This document shows positions 58,737-64,000 of a stretch of DNA of 64,000 nt, one piece after another. A model generated the notes under the pieces. It saw only the letters and a list, made by a program, of their open reading frames with translations. It did not search any database and was not told where the DNA came from. Both the position numbers and the translations under genes were made by a program. Location of the stretch: contig JAQTNA010000017.1 of the NCBI GenBank assembly GCA_028714035.1, positions 6,750-70,749 of the forward strand, written 5' to 3'. Source of the stretch: Rhodocyclaceae bacterium. GTDB lineage: Bacteria; Pseudomonadota; Gammaproteobacteria; Burkholderiales; Rhodocyclaceae. Position 1 is the first letter of the stretch, and every line of letters begins with the position of its first letter.

Positions 58737-58781
58737 TTTTAGGGGCGAACTTGTTCGCCCGACTTGTAAAGGGAGCCCCAT

Positions 58782-60758
<1,977 letters not shown>

Positions 60759-60765
60759 AGAAACA

Positions 60766-60896
60766 TCTCACCGCAAAGGCGCAAAGAACGCGAAGGGCCG
60801 CAAAGGAATGCAGAACTTCGACGCGCAATTCGCAAGCCGGGGGGCACGCCGATGATTAATTTTTTCTTTGCGGCCCTTAGCGCCTTTGCGGTGAGG
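60766..60896. repeat. MITE-like interspersed element, variant copy 4 (CAAAGGCGCAAAG type)
   Basis: Termini TCTCACCGCAAAGGCGCAAAGAACGCGAAGGGCCGCAAAGGAA and TTCTTTGCGGCCCTTAGCGCCTTTGCGGTGAGG. It has the same architecture as copies 1-3, with A replacing G in the core word. Confidence 0.7.
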
Positions 60897-60937
60897 TTTT
60901 GACCTTGAACTTGATTTGATTCATTCACGGAGGCAGC

Positions 60938-61255
60938 ATGTCCCATACCGTAATCGTTTCTTTCGGCAGCAACCGGGAGTACGAATTCCGTTTTGCCGGC
61001 GATGAAGTCGCCGGCACTTCCCGCGACATCGCCCGCCGCTGGCTGCATGAGCAGTTCGATGCCCTGGAATGCGAGCCGCGCAATCCCATGGGCAAGATGC
61101 TGCTCCTGGACATGATCCTGGACGTGGCCAAGTACTCCGGCGAGAAGCACTTCATGGAGAAGGATGACTGGGCCCAGACCTACGCCCAGAACGTCGCCGC
61201 TGTCCTGGACCGTCCTGCGGCCCGGGTGGATGTGGAGAACCTGAAGGTTGGGTGA
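60938..61255 (+). CDS. hypothetical protein
   Basis: 105 aa with a GGAGG RBS 6 nt upstream and a non-repetitive, balanced composition. No family was recognised. Confidence 0.6.
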   Translation: MSHTVIVSFGSNREYEFRFAGDEVAGTSRDIARRWLHEQFDALECEPRNPMGKMLLLDMILDVAKYSGEKHFMEKDDWAQTYAQNVAAVLDRPAARVDVENLKVG

Positions 61256-61387
61256 AGTCTGCGGTCTTAACCAAGGTTCTTTCGCGGCAATCTGTCCTGG
61301 CAAGCCGACCGGAACGGCCTGGAGACCGGCAACTGTGGGAAAATCACGGCCCGGCCCCGGAGCTGGGAGCCATACAGGAGCGAAGCC

Positions 61388-61615
61388 ATGGAGCACATGA
61401 TTCAGTTGCACATCGAGAAATTGCCGGAGGGGATGTATCTGGCGACCAGCGATGAGGTGCAGGGCTTGATCGCACAAGGGCGCACGCTACAGGAAACCAT
61501 CGAGATTGCCCGTGACGTGGCCAAGAAGTTGATCGAGTCACAGACCGACTTCGGCGACGACATGCTGCCGCTTCTGGGTGAGTCCTTCGACTATCCCCTG
61601 GTGGTCGCGGTCTGA
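61388..61615 (+). CDS. hicB: type II antitoxin, HicB-like (DUF1902-type)
   Basis: 75 aa. IEKLPEGMYLATSDEVQGLIAQGRTLQETIEIARDVAKKLIE matches the HicB N-terminal fold pattern. A hicA remnant follows with an ATGA overlap. Confidence 0.75.
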   Translation: MEHMIQLHIEKLPEGMYLATSDEVQGLIAQGRTLQETIEIARDVAKKLIESQTDFGDDMLPLLGESFDYPLVVAV

Positions 61616-61704
61616 TGGGACGTCTTGCCGGTTTCAGTTACCGGGAAATCATCAAGCGTTTGAAGCAACTCGGCTTTGAGTTCCACCGTCCCCCGTTGGG
61701 ATGA
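61615..61704 (+). pseudogene. hicA: truncated hicA toxin gene (29 codons)
   Basis: MGRLAGFSYREIIKRLKQLGFEFHRPPLG is the N-terminal third of a HicA mRNA interferase. The reading frame ends at a TGA that lies inside a REP half-unit (GGGATGAATCCCGA). Confidence 0.65.
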
Positions 61705-61712
61705 ATCCCGAT
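61693..61712. repeat. REP half-unit (TTGGGATGAATCCCGATAAA)
   Basis: It shares the GGGATGAATCCCGA core with 4137-4158. It lies at the junction between the hicA remnant and the yoeB stop. Confidence 0.6.
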
Positions 61713-61715
61713 AAA

Positions 61716-61991
61716 CTATTTCTTCTGCTGGGCGTAGTGGAATCGGCACTGGTGCACAATCAGCAGGTCGGTTTCCACCGTATAGACCAGCCGATGTTCC
61801 CGGTTGATCCGCCTGGACCAATAGCCGCTCAGATCATGTTTGAGGGGCTCGGGCTTGCCGATGCCGGTGAAGGGATGTTCCCGCGCGTCCCGCAACAAAG
61901 CCTTGATGCGTTCCAGAATCCTTGCATCGGTACGCTGCCAGAAATCGAAATCTTCCGCACTGTGCTCGGTGAACTTGACGGCGAGGGTCAA
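61716..61991 (-). CDS. yoeB: type II toxin YoeB/Txe (ribosome-dependent mRNA interferase)
   Basis: 91 aa. FTGIGKPEPLKHDLSGYWSRRINREHRLVY...CRFHY is the YoeB signature. It overlaps yefM by 4 nt. Confidence 0.92.
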   Translation of the reverse strand: MTLAVKFTEHSAEDFDFWQRTDARILERIKALLRDAREHPFTGIGKPEPLKHDLSGYWSRRINREHRLVYTVETDLLIVHQCRFHYAQQKK

Positions 61992-62236
61992 TCAATATCC
62001 CTTTCCACCAGCCTTCCAGCCCTGGCCTGCTCGGACGACTCGCGCAGGCGCCGGGTGTTTTCTTCGTTGCTCAACAGGTGGGCGGTCTGGTTGACGGAAT
62101 CCCATTCCTCCACCGGCACGACGACGAAGTTTTTGCCGTCGGCACGGGTGACGGTGACAGGCTCTCCCGAGCACATCATGTCCTCGACGACTTCACCCAG
62201 GCGGTGGCGAAACTGGCTGTAGGCAATGGCAGTCAT
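61988..62236 (-). CDS. yefM: type II antitoxin YefM/Phd
   Basis: 82 aa. YSQFRHRLGEVVEDMMCSGEPVTVTRADGKNFVVVPVEEWDSVNQTAHLLSN is the Phd/YefM pattern. Confidence 0.92.
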   Translation of the reverse strand: MTAIAYSQFRHRLGEVVEDMMCSGEPVTVTRADGKNFVVVPVEEWDSVNQTAHLLSNEENTRRLRESSEQARAGRLVERDID

Positions 62237-62345
62237 GGCAATTCCAGGGGATTACGCAGTGGACAGAGTATAGCAAGTTCGAGCCGGCTGGATTTCTCAC
62301 CGTCTCATGTGTCTCGGCATTTCATTGACCTGTCGCCCGGTCCTC

Positions 62346-63041
62346 TCAGCTTCCCAGCTTCCTCAGTCCATCCAGGTTCAGGATGGTGATGCCGCCGTAG
62401 GCGACCGAGAGGTAGCCGGCGTCCTGGAGGATCTTCAGGGAGCGGTTAACCCGCTGGCGCGAGATGCCGGTGAGGTAGCCCAGTTCTTCCTGGGAAACCG
62501 CGAGCTTGCGGCTGAGGCCGGGGTAGAGGACGGGATTGAACAGGGTAGCGACGCAGCGGGCGACCCGGGCGTCGGTGTCCAGCAGGCGCTCGGACTCCAG
62601 GAGGCAGATGAACTGCCCCAGGCGCTCGTTCAACTGGGTGAGCAGATAGCGGTTGAAGCTGATGCTGTGGTCCAGCAACCACAAGAAGGTCTGGCGCGGC
62701 ATGAGGGCCATGCGGGAGTCGCGCAGGGCCACCCCGTCGTAGCGCCGAATTTCGCTCTTCAGGAGTGAGCCCTCGCCGAACCAGCCCCCCGGCGGCACGC
62801 CCGTCAGGCTCGCGGTCTTGCCGCTCTCGGCATCGGAGGAGAGCTTCAGCAGCCCCTCGATGACGCCGTACCAGTACTCCACCGGTTCACCCTTGCGGCA
62901 CACCAGGCTGCCCGGCGCGAAGCGCCGCTCGATCACCGTGGACTCGACCCGGGCCAATTCCTCCTGCGTGAGGCCGATGCTCCAGCTCGCCGATCTCACG
63001 GCGCCGAGCAGGCTGGGCGATTTTGTATTGGAATTGTCCAT
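62346..63041 (-). CDS. Crp/Fnr-family transcriptional regulator
   Basis: 231 aa. It has a cNMP-binding-like N-domain (FAPGSLVCRKGEPVEYWYGVIEGLLKL) and a C-terminal HTH segment (VSQEELGYLTGISRQRVNRSLKIL). No N-terminal Fnr Cys cluster was seen. Confidence 0.88.
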   Translation of the reverse strand: MDNSNTKSPSLLGAVRSASWSIGLTQEELARVESTVIERRFAPGSLVCRKGEPVEYWYGVIEGLLKLSSDAESGKTASLTGVPPGGWFGEGSLLKSEIRRYDGVALRDSRMALMPRQTFLWLLDHSISFNRYLLTQLNERLGQFICLLESERLLDTDARVARCVATLFNPVLYPGLSRKLAVSQEELGYLTGISRQRVNRSLKILQDAGYLSVAYGGITILNLDGLRKLGS

Positions 63042-63158
63042 TTCGCGACAATTGTATCGCCATTCGTGACTACAATGGCTCCATCAGTCAGCGGCCTGCA
63101 AACCCAGACCGGGACCACCCGGCAGATCGGGCCGCTGGACTAAATGGAGGAGGAGAAG

Positions 63159-64000
63159 ATGACTTTAGGGTCAGGCGCCGTGTCGGCGCCTCTGGATACG
63201 TTTCCGCGCCTGCTGATGCACCATGCCCAGGTGCGCGGCGCGCGTCCCGCCGTCCGGGAGAAGGATCTGGGCATCTGGCAGAGCCGGACCTGGGCCCAGG
63301 TGGCTCGGGAGACGAGTGCCTTCGCCAGCGGCCTGGCCCAGCTCGGTTTCAAGCGCGGTGACCGGCTGGCCATCATCGGCGACAACCGTCCCCGCCTCTA
63401 CGGCGCCATGCTGGCGGCGCAGATGCTGGGCGGCATCCCGGTACCCCTGTACCAGGACGCGGTGGCCGCGGAAATGATCTTCGCCCTTCAGGATTCGGGC
63501 ATAGGCATCGCCGTCGTGGAAGACCAGGAGCAGGTGGACAAGCTTCTGGAGGTCAAGGAGCAGTGCCCCCTCCTGCAACACATCGTCTATGACGATCCGC
63601 GGGGTCTCTCCCATTACACCCAGCCTTTCCTGCACGGCCTGGACGAGGTGATCGCCGCCGGCACCATCCACAACCAGAATCAGCCCGACTTCATCCAGCA
63701 GGAAATCGCGCTGGGCCGGCCCGATGACACCTCGGTCATCCTCTACACCTCCGGCACCACCGGCAAGCCCAAGGGCGTCTGCCAGACCCACCATGCCTTC
63801 ATCTCGGCCGCACGGGGCGGCTGCGGCTTCGATGGCATGACCGAGGCGGAAGAGGTGCTGTCCTACCTGCCCATGGCCTGGGTCGGCGACCACCTCTTTT
63901 CCTTTGCCCAGGCCCTGGTGGCCGGCTTCACCATCAATTGTCCGGAATCGGGCGACACGGTGATGACCGACATGCGGGAGATCGGCCCCACCTGCTACTT
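63159..64000 (+). CDS. AMP-dependent acyl-CoA synthetase/ligase, N-terminal part; 3' end lies outside the window
   Basis: Not in the supplied track because it is open at the right edge, so it was translated by hand from ATG 63159 (GGAGGAGGAG RBS). MTLGSGAVSAPLDTFPRLLMHHAQVRGARPAVREKDLGIWQSRTW... includes the AMP-binding motif ILYTSGTTGKPKGV. Confidence 0.85.
   Translation, partial: MTLGSGAVSAPLDTFPRLLMHHAQVRGARPAVREKDLGIWQSRTWAQVARETSAFASGLAQLGFKRGDRLAIIGDNRPRLYGAMLAAQMLGGIPVPLYQDAVAAEMIFALQDSGIGIAVVEDQEQVDKLLEVKEQCPLLQHIVYDDPRGLSHYTQPFLHGLDEVIAAGTIHNQNQPDFIQQEIALGRPDDTSVILYTSGTTGKPKGVCQTHHAFISAARGGCGFDGMTEAEEVLSYLPMAWVGDHLFSFAQALVAGFTINCPESGDTVMTDMREIGPTCY

Noticed and set aside
58742-58760. 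Hairpin GGGCGAA-CTTG-TTCGCCC between the crotonase and acetoacetyl-CoA synthetase genes, considered as a terminator
   Set aside because: There is no U-tract, and the downstream gene starts 22 nt later with its own RBS. It is more likely a minor intercistronic structure and is not called.

Overview
High-GC (about two-thirds G+C by eye) proteobacterial chromosome segment. Gene order suggests a betaproteobacterium, possibly Rhodocyclales-like, but that is inference only. Most of the window is conserved housekeeping DNA: two tandem lpxL-type lipid A acyltransferases, dapF-DUF484-xerC, rlmI, rep, mrcA divergent from pilMNOPQ-aroK-aroB, dgt, the lptD-surA-pdxA-(patatin)-rsmA operon divergent from amgK-murU, hslO, a hybrid histidine kinase, and icmF. 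There is also a complete LiuR-type leucine/isovalerate catabolic cluster: thioesterase, ivd, beta-carbonic anhydrase, mccB, liuC, mccA, HMG-CoA lyase, two crotonases and acetoacetyl-CoA synthetase. The stand-out region is a visibly lower-GC insertion of about 6.6 kb between the convergent genes murU and hslO (about 32.46-39.10 kb). Its core is three translationally coupled genes: dndC, dndD, and a gene encoding an FtsK/SpoIIIE motor ATPase whose N-terminus looks DndE-like. This is a phosphorothioation-type module with no dndA, no dndB and no recognisable restriction partner (DndFGH, PbeABCD or SspE type) nearby. It has no integrase, sits next to a DUF4160/DUF2442 pair and a decayed zeta-like ATPase gene, and is bracketed by inverted copies of the terminal repeat of a MITE-like element family found elsewhere in the window. 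Small toxin-antitoxin insertions are present: vapBC, hicB plus a truncated hicA, and yefM-yoeB. The window also carries at least four interspersed repeat families. One is a set of roughly 100-bp intercistronic hairpins with a conserved GC-rich apex and copy-specific, mutually complementary arms. No rRNA, tRNA or CRISPR array was seen. All calls come from reading the supplied translations and sequence by eye; no searches or computations were run.
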